DNA of 20,000 bases from Limisphaerales bacterium (GCA_044225505.1 JBGAIN010000024.1:52351-72350); one strand, 5' to 3'. Positions 9,911-16,928 are shown, counted from the stretch's first letter. The notes: generated by a model not told the origin, from the sequence alone. Numbers and translations: made by a program.

Positions 9911-11887
9911 ATGAGCTCGTCGCCCCGTCCATCACCCGGTCCTCAATCGGGGAGCCTCTGGGAGCCGCCTACGCTCCCGCAGGTGCAGGCGTTGCTGCCA
10001 GGGTACCAATTCCTCATGTTGCTTGGGCGCGGCGGCATGGGCGCCGTGTTCAAGGCCACGCAGATTGCACTGAACCGTCCCGTCGCCGTCAAAGTGCTTC
10101 CGAGTGACCTGATGCGGGATGCGGACACGAGCTTCGCCACGCGCTTCCGTCAGGAAGCGCTCACAATGGCCCGATTGAGCCATCCTGGAATCGTCAGTGT
10201 TTTTGAAGCTGGTGAGGCGGGCCGATTTCTCTACATCGTGATGGAGTTCGTGGATGGCACGGATCTGGCGCACCGGATCCGGCGCGAAGGCAAGCTTGCG
10301 CCGGAACTTGCTATCAACCTGCTGACCCAAGTCTGTGACGCCCTCCAGTACGCGCACCAACAAGGCGTCGTCCATCGAGACATCAAGCCAGCCAACCTGC
10401 TCCTCGCCCCCGACGGCACGGTAAAGGTCGCCGACTTCGGCCTGGCCAGGCACCTCGATGACGCGCTGCTCGGCCTGACGCAGACCAATGTCGCCATCGG
10501 AACTCCCGACTTTCTTGCGCCGGAAGCTTGGACCCCCGGCACTTTGCTGGACGCGCGCGCGGATGTTTACGCCCTCGGCGTGATGCTCTACCAGATGCTC
10601 ACGGGCGAGATTCCGCGCGGTTTGTGGGAAATGCCCAGTGCCCGCGTCGGGACGGATGTGCGCTTTGACGCCATCATCGAGCGCGCGATGCAGCCCAAGC
10701 CGGACGCGCGCTACCCGTCTGCCGCCGAGCTGGGCCGCGACTTGCAGAAGATTCGGACGGAACCGAGGACGATGGCGGATCTCTCGAATCGAAGTGACGA
10801 ATCAACGTCCCAGTCGTCTGGGTCTGGGCACGCCGTTCCAAGCCGCCAACCGCGTCGTTTTGCCAGCGGCTTGGCCATCGTGGCCCTGGCTTTCATGGTC
10901 GGGGTCCTTCCGCTGGCCTGGCCTCTCCTGCGCAGTCCGAACGCACGATCAATCGCCGAAAGCCTCCTGCCTGCTCGCACGCGCCGCCCTTCGTCCAGCG
11001 TGCATGACGCTGCCCGCTGGCTCGTCCGTGAAAAGGCCGATTTCAGAATCATCAGCGAGGGACGCGAATTCGAAGTCAAATCGGAGCGAGAGATCCCTGC
11101 GGGCGACTTCAGAATTGTTTATTTGTGGTTCGATCGCTGGGCTGCTTCGCCCCCTGAGCCTCCTCCTCTCGAAGCGGAGTTCGACGTGCTGCGGGCGGTG
11201 ACCACATTACGCTTCGCCTTCCTGCGCCTGCCCGGACTTTCCGACGCGGCGTTAGCGTTCCTGGCGGGCAATACAAACCTGACGAAACTGAGCATCGCCT
11301 GTCCCGAGGCGATTACTGACGGAGTGTTCGTTCACCTCGCAGGCCTAAAGAAGCTGGAGAAACTCGAGATCGCATTTTCGCCACGAATCACCGGACGAAG
11401 ATTCGCTGGCTCCGGTTGGCTGCCGACGATTCAAGAGGTGGACTTGATCAGGACCTCGGTGGATGACGACGTGCTCCGGGTGCTGGCAGATTGCCCTCGC
11501 CTCCGGGAGCTCAAGGTGGAAGGCACAGCGATCACCCACGAAGGATTGCGCGCCCTGGCCACGGCTCGCCGGCTGTCGCTATTAAACGTGGGCGGCTGCC
11601 CGAATCTCAATGAGGACGACTTTATCGAAATCATACCTCAGTTCGCCCGGCTGAGGAAACTGGAATTGCCCTTCGCACCGTTCGGGGATGAAGCCCTGGA
11701 GGCCGTCGCTACTTTGACCAATCTTACGGAACTCCGTCTGACCGGGACGAAAGTGACCGATGCCGGCTTGGCGAAGCTTGCGCCCTTAAGCCGGCTTGAA
11801 TTGCTGGAGGTTCAACACACGAGCGTCACCGATGAGGGTATCGAAACTTTCGAGAGGGGGCACCCACGCTGCCGGACCGAACGATGA
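9911..11887 (+). CDS. Ser/Thr protein kinase with TM helix and C-terminal leucine-rich repeats
   Basis: GRGGMGAVFKA, VAVK, HRDIKPAN, DFG, GTPDFLAPE; TM 'GLAIVALAFMVGVLPLAWPLL'; LRRs such as 'LTNLTELRLTGTKVTDAGLAKL'. Start 9884 or 9911. Confidence 0.95.
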   Translation: MSSSPRPSPGPQSGSLWEPPTLPQVQALLPGYQFLMLLGRGGMGAVFKATQIALNRPVAVKVLPSDLMRDADTSFATRFRQEALTMARLSHPGIVSVFEAGEAGRFLYIVMEFVDGTDLAHRIRREGKLAPELAINLLTQVCDALQYAHQQGVVHRDIKPANLLLAPDGTVKVADFGLARHLDDALLGLTQTNVAIGTPDFLAPEAWTPGTLLDARADVYALGVMLYQMLTGEIPRGLWEMPSARVGTDVRFDAIIERAMQPKPDARYPSAAELGRDLQKIRTEPRTMADLSNRSDESTSQSSGSGHAVPSRQPRRFASGLAIVALAFMVGVLPLAWPLLRSPNARSIAESLLPARTRRPSSSVHDAARWLVREKADFRIISEGREFEVKSEREIPAGDFRIVYLWFDRWAASPPEPPPLEAEFDVLRAVTTLRFAFLRLPGLSDAALAFLAGNTNLTKLSIACPEAITDGVFVHLAGLKKLEKLEIAFSPRITGRRFAGSGWLPTIQEVDLIRTSVDDDVLRVLADCPRLRELKVEGTAITHEGLRALATARRLSLLNVGGCPNLNEDDFIEIIPQFARLRKLELPFAPFGDEALEAVATLTNLTELRLTGTKVTDAGLAKLAPLSRLELLEVQHTSVTDEGIETFERGHPRCRTER

Positions 11888-12019
11888 GGTTTGGCTCCTT
11901 CCGGGCGCCAGGTCCGAATAGCAGAATTTCATGGAATTGGGTGTCTCCTATTCGCGCCCATACTACGACCTGTGGGATGTGAATAAACTCAGAGTTGCTT
12001 TCGCCGCATTACGAGGCGG

Positions 12020-12340
12020 TCCCAACCGCAGCGGCTGCACGATCAGGCGGGTGGGATAGCCGTGAATATCCTCGACCCGCTGGAGCAAACGCCTGGTCTC
12101 CTCTAAAGAAGGACAATCCCGAACGGTTTCAGTCCGTCGGGCCCGGAGAGCGTTGACTTGGCCCAGATCGATCCTCAAGCACTCGCGGTAGAGAAACAGC
12201 AGGGCGTTGAGGGCTTGGTTCTGTGTCGACGCAAATACGCCCGCTGCGGTCAGGTGGGTGGAGGCCTTCTCGGTCTTCAACGAGAGGCGTTTTCGCTTGC
12301 AAGTCTCGCGTAATAAATGGATTGCATCCAACAGGATCAT
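12020..12340 (-). pseudogene. intI: Integron integrase pseudogene (internal in-frame deletion, 3' truncation)
   Basis: 'MILLDAIHLLRETCKRKRLSLKTEKA...ASTQNQALNALLFLYR...GYPTRLIV' aligns with the N-terminus of the full IntI at 16929-17906. It lacks 31 aa internally and the whole catalytic domain. Confidence 0.92.
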
Positions 12341-12350
12341 TCCGTAATAG

Positions 12351-12366
12351 ACGAACCACGGTTCGT
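12351..12366. promoter_or_regulatory. Palindromic operator ACGAACC-AC-GGTTCGT (GAAC-N4-GTTC, LexA-like) upstream of the intI pseudogene
   Basis: Perfect 7-bp inverted repeat 10 nt upstream of the intI start; identical to 17917-17932. Confidence 0.55.
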
Positions 12367-12384
12367 TTAATAAAATAGTTGGGC
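12365..12384 (+). other. attI site of integron 1 (core GTTGGGC at 12378-12384)
   Basis: GTTTAATAAAATA-GTTGGGC immediately upstream of intI. Identity with the second integron ends right after the GTT crossover point. Confidence 0.8.
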
Positions 12385-12557
12385 GCAAGAGCGGTGTCGG
12401 CGTCGGAATCGGGATCGGGATCGAACGGATGCGGCATGGGATTTGGTCGTGAGCAGTTGGATGTGAACCACGCTGCCATTAACTACGTGGGCCGGTTCTA
12501 TCCAGGAACGATACCGATTCCGATACCGACCCCGAAGGAAGCATGCAGTCGGCAAAT
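12379..12557 (+). pseudogene. Four-helix-bundle remnant cassette, copy 1 (diverged allele, larger internal deletion)
   Basis: ATG 12436 'MGFGREQLDVNHAAINYVGRFY' is joined directly to the GATACC/GATTCC/GACCCC arm; flanking inverted hexamer repeats. Confidence 0.7.
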
Positions 12558-12616
12558 CGCCAACCAGGCGGTTCACCGAACGCGGCTCCGCCGCGTCGGT
12601 GACCTTATCGTTCGGC
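12558..12616 (+). other. attC (short 59-nt type A)
   Basis: CGCCAAC...GGT(T)CACCGA(A)CGCGGC-TCC-GCCGCGTCGGTGACC...GTTCGGC: hairpin with two extrahelical bases. Confidence 0.9.
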
Positions 12617-12652
12617 AAAAGCAATGATTCGTCTCACCCGTCTGATCGAAGA

Positions 12653-13153
12653 ATGAGAAAGCTCCTGTTACTCCTAGGATTTCTCATCGCGGCGTGCTCG
12701 ACGCGGGGAAGCGGCTTAGACTCATTGGTCCTCGAAGGACACGAACTGCACGCCTCACTTAAGACGTGCCAGATTGACGATTCGGATCAGCACATGCCCC
12801 GTGCCTTGATCCCCAAAAGCCCGCACGTCTCGACCAACACCGCGTTCGTTGCGGCCGTTGTGCGTAATGCGTCGCGAAGCAGTCTTGGGACAGAGGGGAT
12901 TCGCTCTGCGCTCTACGCCCTTTACCGCGAAAAAAACGATCTCGGTTTCTGCGGATTGGAGGCTGTGTCTGCGGCAGAGGCTGACCGGTGGGAGGAGGCG
13001 GTGCGCAAAATTTGGGCGCATAACGTGCGCCTAGGCCTCGCGCAAGTTCACCGCAAAGGCCTGGTCCTTGTCCTCGTATGGACTCATGGCGTATCACCAG
13101 AGTGCTGGGAGGCGGCGAATGCGAAAGTGGTCGAGCGACTGGCCATTCGCTAA
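12653..13153 (+). CDS. Cassette: putative lipoprotein/exported hypothetical protein
   Basis: 'MRKLLLLLGFLIAAC' lipobox-like signal. Bounded by GTTCGGC (12610) and its exact complement GCCGAAC (13228). Confidence 0.75.
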   Translation: MRKLLLLLGFLIAACSTRGSGLDSLVLEGHELHASLKTCQIDDSDQHMPRALIPKSPHVSTNTAFVAAVVRNASRSSLGTEGIRSALYALYREKNDLGFCGLEAVSAAEADRWEEAVRKIWAHNVRLGLAQVHRKGLVLVLVWTHGVSPECWEAANAKVVERLAIR

Positions 13154-13227
13154 GCGGACAGATTCGATCTCACGCTCGGCAAGACGTCGATTTCGATGAA
13201 AACTTTCCTACTCTTCGCGCCCCAGAT

Positions 13228-13320
13228 GCCGAACAAGCCGGCTGCACCGCATCCCGCGCGTGCGCCACGATTGCATTCCTCACCTCACCGGCGCGGGGTT
13301 GGTGAGTCGAATCGTTAGCG
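13228..13320 (+). other. attC
   Basis: GCCGAAC...GGCTGCACC...CCCGCGC/GCGCGGG...GGTGAGTC...GTTAGCG. Confidence 0.88.
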
Positions 13321-13573
13321 CAAACCGATTGGTGTCCACGTCGGGGTCGGAATCGGAATCGGAATCGAAAGGATGGTGCATGGGATTTGGTCATGAGCGC
13401 TTGGATGTGTCCCGCACTTCCGTCGATTACGTGGGTTGGACCGCATCGCGGCCATGCTGACGAAACTCGGACAGCGTGGGTATACGATCCACGAGGAATC
13501 GGATGATTACCGTGGACTCAGGAACGATACCGATGCCGATAGCGACCCCGACTCCGAACGCAGCCGGAAATGA
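13315..13573 (+). pseudogene. Four-helix-bundle remnant cassette, copy 2
   Basis: ATG 13380 'MGFGHERLDVSRTSVDYVGW' fused out of frame to 'LDRIAAMLTKLGQRGYTIHEESDDY...'; inverted arms ~13340-13368 and ~13525-13552. Confidence 0.8.
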
Positions 13574-13667
13574 GCGCTAAACCAGCAGTGAACCGAGCAG
13601 CGGCGAGGCAGCGCTCCAAGATTCGGCTCGTCGCGGACGCCGCTGTCGCTCAACTTCGTCGTTCGGC
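13574..13667 (+). other. attC (~94-nt type B)
   Basis: GCGCTAAAC...GAGCAGCGGCG...CGCCGCTGTCGCTC...GTTCGGC. Confidence 0.78.
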
Positions 13668-13709
13668 GGAAAAGCTGGCCAGTTAACGGCCGCTGGCTAT
13701 TCTGGGTGC

Positions 13710-13946
13710 ATGCCGAGGATTTTCGAGAAGGACGGGTACAGGTTCTTCTTCTACAGCAACGAGCATCGGCCAATTCATGTGCACGTACGCTACGGGAGCG
13801 GTGAAGCCGTGTTTAACATTGAACCAAGAGTTGAGCTTCGAGAGTCTCAGGGGCTGAAAGTCCGAGAACTCGCGAAGGCGGAGATGCTTGCCGAGGAGCA
13901 CCGGGAGCTTATTATTGAGAGGTGGAATGAGCATCTTAACCGATAA
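13710..13946 (+). CDS. Cassette: DUF4160-family protein (toxin-antitoxin module, first gene)
   Basis: 'MPRIFEKDGYRFFFYSNEHRPIHVHVRYGSGEAVF...IIERWNEH' is the typical DUF4160 pattern. Confidence 0.9.
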   Translation: MPRIFEKDGYRFFFYSNEHRPIHVHVRYGSGEAVFNIEPRVELRESQGLKVRELAKAEMLAEEHRELIIERWNEHLNR

Positions 13947-14199
13947 CGCACGTTCGGTGGTCTATCGTGACGGGGAGATCATCGTGTCCATGCAGAACGG
14001 AGTCGAGATCCGGTTCCCGGCCGCCGATAATCCCCGACTTGCCCGGGGCACTCCGGCTCAGCTTCAGAACGTCGAGATCTCCCCTTTTGGCGTTCACTGG
14101 CCCGACTTGGATGAGGACTTGTCCTTCCGAGGCCTGCTGGCAGGCGACCATGGACAAAACCAGAACGCCGAACCAGGCGCTGGACCGAACATCCGCTAG
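13927..14199 (+). CDS. Cassette: DUF2442-family protein (partner of DUF4160)
   Basis: 'PRLARGTPAQLQNVEISPFGVHWPDLDEDLSFRGLL' is the typical DUF2442 pattern. Overlaps the DUF4160 3' end; stop codon lies inside the attC. Confidence 0.9.
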   Translation: MSILTDNARSVVYRDGEIIVSMQNGVEIRFPAADNPRLARGTPAQLQNVEISPFGVHWPDLDEDLSFRGLLAGDHGQNQNAEPGAGPNIR

Positions 14200-14240
14200 C
14201 CACGGTGTTTGCGAACACGGTCTGGTCATTGGTGTTACGC
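14167..14240 (+). other. attC
   Basis: R'' GCCGAAC complements the cassette start GTTCGGC (13661). R' GTTACGC complements the next cassette's R'' GCGTAAC (14719). Inner stem imperfect. Confidence 0.75.
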
Positions 14241-14259
14241 GTCGGTGGCTCGTTGCAAA

Positions 14260-14288
14260 TCGACACTTTGTGAAATTCCGGGTATCTT
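14260..14288 (+). promoter_or_regulatory. Putative sigma70 promoter of the hicBA cassette
   Basis: TCGACA-17 nt-TATCTT, ending 9 nt before the ATG at 14298. Confidence 0.55.
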
Positions 14289-14297
14289 GCGGTTGTC

Positions 14298-14498
14298 ATG
14301 AGAATCGAGTTAGAGCAGGAGGACGACGGCCGTTGGATTGCTGAAATCCCGGATGTTTCCGGCGCGATGAGTTATGGAGAGACCCGAGACGAGGCTTTGG
14401 CACGCGTGAAAGCCCTCGTCTTACGAGTTTTGGCTGACCGACTGGAGCACGGAGAATCGATCCCAGAGCTGAGAGAGGTCTTCGAAATCGCGGCATGA
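14298..14498 (+). CDS. hicB: Cassette: short HicB-family antitoxin
   Basis: 'MRIELEQEDDGRWIAEIPDVSGAMSYGETRDEALARVKAL' matches the HicB N-terminal fold; ATGA overlap with the downstream toxin. Confidence 0.88.
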   Translation: MRIELEQEDDGRWIAEIPDVSGAMSYGETRDEALARVKALVLRVLADRLEHGESIPELREVFEIAA

Positions 14499-14711
14499 GT
14501 CATTGGCCGTCCACCCGTGCGAGTCGCGTGCTGGCAGCGCTGCTTCGGATCGGGTGGCGCATCAAGCGGCAGGCCGGTGGGTCGCACCGACTCTTGGCTC
14601 GAGAGGGTTGGCCGGATTTCGTCTTCGCCTTTCACGACAGCGTTGAAATCGGACCGCGAATGCTTTCCAGGATCAGCAAAGCGGACAGGATTGAGACCAG
14701 AAGATCTATGA
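14495..14711 (+). pseudogene. hicA: Cassette: HicA-family toxin with apparent +1 frameshift near 14675-14680
   Basis: 'LLRIGWRIKRQAGGSHRLL...FAFHDSVEIGPRMLSRI' carries the GSH motif. The expected end 'AKRTGLRPEDL*' (stop at 14711, just before the attC) is in another frame. Confidence 0.75.
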
Positions 14712-14718
14712 ACGGGAC

Positions 14719-14811
14719 GCGTAACCAACCGGGTGCAGTGAACGGGGGAACTGCGCTGTGGTTTCATGTCGGACACGCTTGGCCCGCCGTCACTGACCCG
14801 GAACGTTAGCG
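14719..14811 (+). other. attC
   Basis: GCGTAAC..CCGGGT(G)CAGTGA(A)CGG...CCGTCACTGACCCGG..GTTAGCG. Confidence 0.92.
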
Positions 14812-15074
14812 CAAACCGATTGGCATCCACGTCGGGGTCGGAATCGGAATCGGAATCGGAATCGAAAGGATGGTGCATGGGATTTGGTCATGAGCGGTTG
14901 GATGTGTCCCGCGCTTCCATCGATTACGTGGGTTGGACCGCATCGTGGCCATGCTGACGAAACTCGGACAGCGTGGGTACACGATCCACGAGGAATCGGA
15001 TGATTACCGTGGACTCAGGAACGATACCGATGCCGATAGCGATTCCGACCCCGAAGCAGAAGCCGCCGGCAAAT

Positions 15075-15133
15075 CGGCAACCAGACGGTTCACCGAACGC
15101 GGCGCCGCCGCGTCGGCGACCTTATCGTTAGCA
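15075..15133 (+). other. attC (type A)
   Basis: CGGCAAC..GGTTCACCGAACGCGGCGCCGCCGCGTCGGCGACC..GTTAGCA; near copy of 12558-12616. Confidence 0.82.
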
Positions 15134-15606
15134 AAGCCGCATCGTCGGGGTCGGAATCGGAATCAAATCGGCAACCAGATGTGTTCCGCACTTCCATCGA
15201 TTACGTGGGTTGGACCGCATCGTGGCCATGCTGACGAAACTCGACCTTATCGGATGATTAGCGCACGATACCGATTGGCATCCGACTTCCAGGAAGCCGA
15301 AGCCCGCCGGAATCGGAACGGTTCACCGAACGCGGCTCCGCCGCAACTCTGTGTTAGCGCAAACCGAGTGGCGTCCACGCAGGGTCGGAATCGAATCGAA
15401 AGGATGGTCATGGGATTTGGTGAGCGCTTGGATGTGTCCTGCGCTTCCATCGATTACGTGGGTTGGACCGCATCGTGGCCATGCTGACGAAACTCGGACA
15501 GCGTGGGTATACGATCCACGAGGAATCGGATGATTACCGTGGATTCAGGAACGATACCGATGCCGATAGCGATTCCGACCCCGAAGGAAGCAAGCCGCCG
15601 GCAAAT

Positions 15607-15665
15607 CGGCAACCAGACGGTTCACCGAACGCGGCGCCGCCGCGTCGGCGACCTTATCGTTCGCG
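15607..15665 (+). other. attC (type A)
   Basis: Same hairpin as 15075-15133, ending GTTCGCG. Confidence 0.82.
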
Positions 15666-15917
15666 CAAACCGATTGGCATCCACGTCGGGGTCGGAATCG
15701 GAATCGGAATCGAAAGGATGTGCATGGGATTTGGTCATGAGCGCTTGGATGTGTCCCGCACTTCCATCGATTACGTGGGTTGGACCGCATCGTGGCCATG
15801 CTGACGAAACTCGGGCAGCGTGGGTACACGATCCACGAGGAATCGGATGATTACCGTGGACTCCGGAACGATACCGATGCCGATAGCGATTCCGACCCCG
15901 AACGCAGCCGGAAATGA

Positions 15918-16011
15918 GCGCTAAACCGGCAGTGAACCGAGCGGCGGCGAGGCGGGCGCTACAAGATTCGGCTCGTCGCGGACGCCGCTGTCGGTCAGCT
16001 CATTGTACGCC
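15918..16011 (+). other. attC (type B) with non-canonical R' (GTACGCC)
   Basis: Near copy of 13574-13667; the conserved GTT reads GTA at 16005-16007. Confidence 0.7.
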
Positions 16012-16056
16012 GAAAGTCAGCTCGCCTCCTGCGTTCAGTCTTGGTAGCATGATTCC

Positions 16057-16248
16057 ATGAGGACGCGGTTTACGTATTGGAAAGAGGCCGACGGGCGCTA
16101 CTTGGGGTACCTGAACGACTACCCTGACCACTGGACGCAAGGCGAGAACCTCGAAGACCTCAAAGAGCACTTACGAGACTTGTTCCAGACATTCAGTTCC
16201 GAAGAGATTCCGGGAATCAGGAAAGTCGAGGAGTTAGAGGTCGTGTGA
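16057..16248 (+). CDS. hicB: Cassette: short HicB-family antitoxin
   Basis: 'YWKEADGRYLGYLNDYPDHWTQGENLEDLKEHLRDL' HicB-like pattern; GTGA overlap with the toxin. Confidence 0.85.
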   Translation: MRTRFTYWKEADGRYLGYLNDYPDHWTQGENLEDLKEHLRDLFQTFSSEEIPGIRKVEELEVV

Positions 16249-16430
16249 AGCGAATCGACCTGGTGCAGCGTTTGGAGCAGATGGGCTGCAAGTTGCTCAG
16301 ACACGGCAGCAGGCACGACATTTATCACAACCCCACGACGGGTCGGTCGGAACCAGTCCCGCGGCATCGCGAGATCAACGAGATCCTGGTCAAGAGGATT
16401 GTCCGCCGACTGAGTCCAAATGAAGAATGA
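16245..16430 (+). CDS. hicA: Cassette: HicA-family mRNA interferase toxin
   Basis: 'MKRIDLVQRLEQMGCKLLRHGSRHDIYHNPTTGRSEPVPRHREINEILVKRI' is a typical HicA. Confidence 0.92.
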   Translation: MKRIDLVQRLEQMGCKLLRHGSRHDIYHNPTTGRSEPVPRHREINEILVKRIVRRLSPNEE

Positions 16431-16433
16431 ATC

Positions 16434-16537
16434 CGCGAACCAGCCGCTGGAGCCAATGACGAGGAGCGGGTCACGCTGCTGTTCCAAATTGAACGCCTCT
16501 GGCGCGCTCCTCGTCATGGCTCAGCTCATTGTTAGTG
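16434..16537 (+). other. attC (last of array 1)
   Basis: CGCGAAC..GCTG(G)AGCCA(A)TGACGAGGAGCG...CGCTCCTCGTCATGGCTCAGC..GTTAGTG. Confidence 0.92.
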
Positions 16538-16928
16538 TTAGATAAAGCAGCTCAAGTATGAACGCAGACCGCGCGAGTTACTGCGATCAGCTCGGGACGC
16601 CACCCAAGAAGGGGCAATACATTGGCTTGCGCGTCATTTTCGACATTTTAGTGGTTTGGATCGCATCAGCTGTAGGCTGAGACAAAAGTCGTCAACTTTC
16701 AGACAGGTAACTGCCTGCAAACCGGACGACCGCGAGCTAGGCGCAACTCCTCAAACGAACAAAAGGAACGGTTCCGCCGCCAGATTCTCACACAAAACTC
16801 TCCAAGGGAGCTCTGAAAACCGCCCTACCGTTCATCGGATTGTAGTTGCTTTGGAATTCACGAAAGCGGCCGTCCCCCAATCGTCAGGAAGCAGACCGAC
16901 CAGATTGGGTCTTGGGCGGACCTGCTGG

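Larger units (their letters stand above)
14806..15917 (+). repeat. Tandem run of four four-helix-bundle remnant cassettes (copies 3-6, starting ~14806, 15128, 15354, 15660)
   Basis: Repeated unit GTTAGCGCAAACCGATTGG-TCGGGGTC(GGAATC)n-ATGGGATTTGGTCATGAGCG...GATACCGATGCCGATAGCGATTCCGACCCCGA-attC. Copy 4 (15128-15353) is scrambled. Confidence 0.9.
12020..16537 (+). mobile_element. Integron 1: intI pseudogene + attI + array of about 10 cassettes
   Basis: Divergent intI remnant, attI core, and successive attC hairpins separating co-oriented cassettes. Confidence 0.9.

Noticed and set aside
14933..15850. ORFs 14933-15487, 15463-15804, 15503-15850 and similar
   Set aside because: Read-throughs of repeat remnants across attC sites, not coherent genes.
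13315..15917. CRISPR array interpretation of the repeats
   Set aside because: Units are ~230-345 bp with no unique spacers, no cas genes are present, and units end in attC hairpins.
12379..15917. Diversity-generating retroelement (Avd-like gene plus TR/VR repeats)
   Set aside because: No reverse transcriptase in the window, and differences between copies are not adenine-specific.
16558..16680. 40-codon ORF after the last attC of array 1
   Set aside because: Could be a truncated final cassette, but no closing attC or motif was found.
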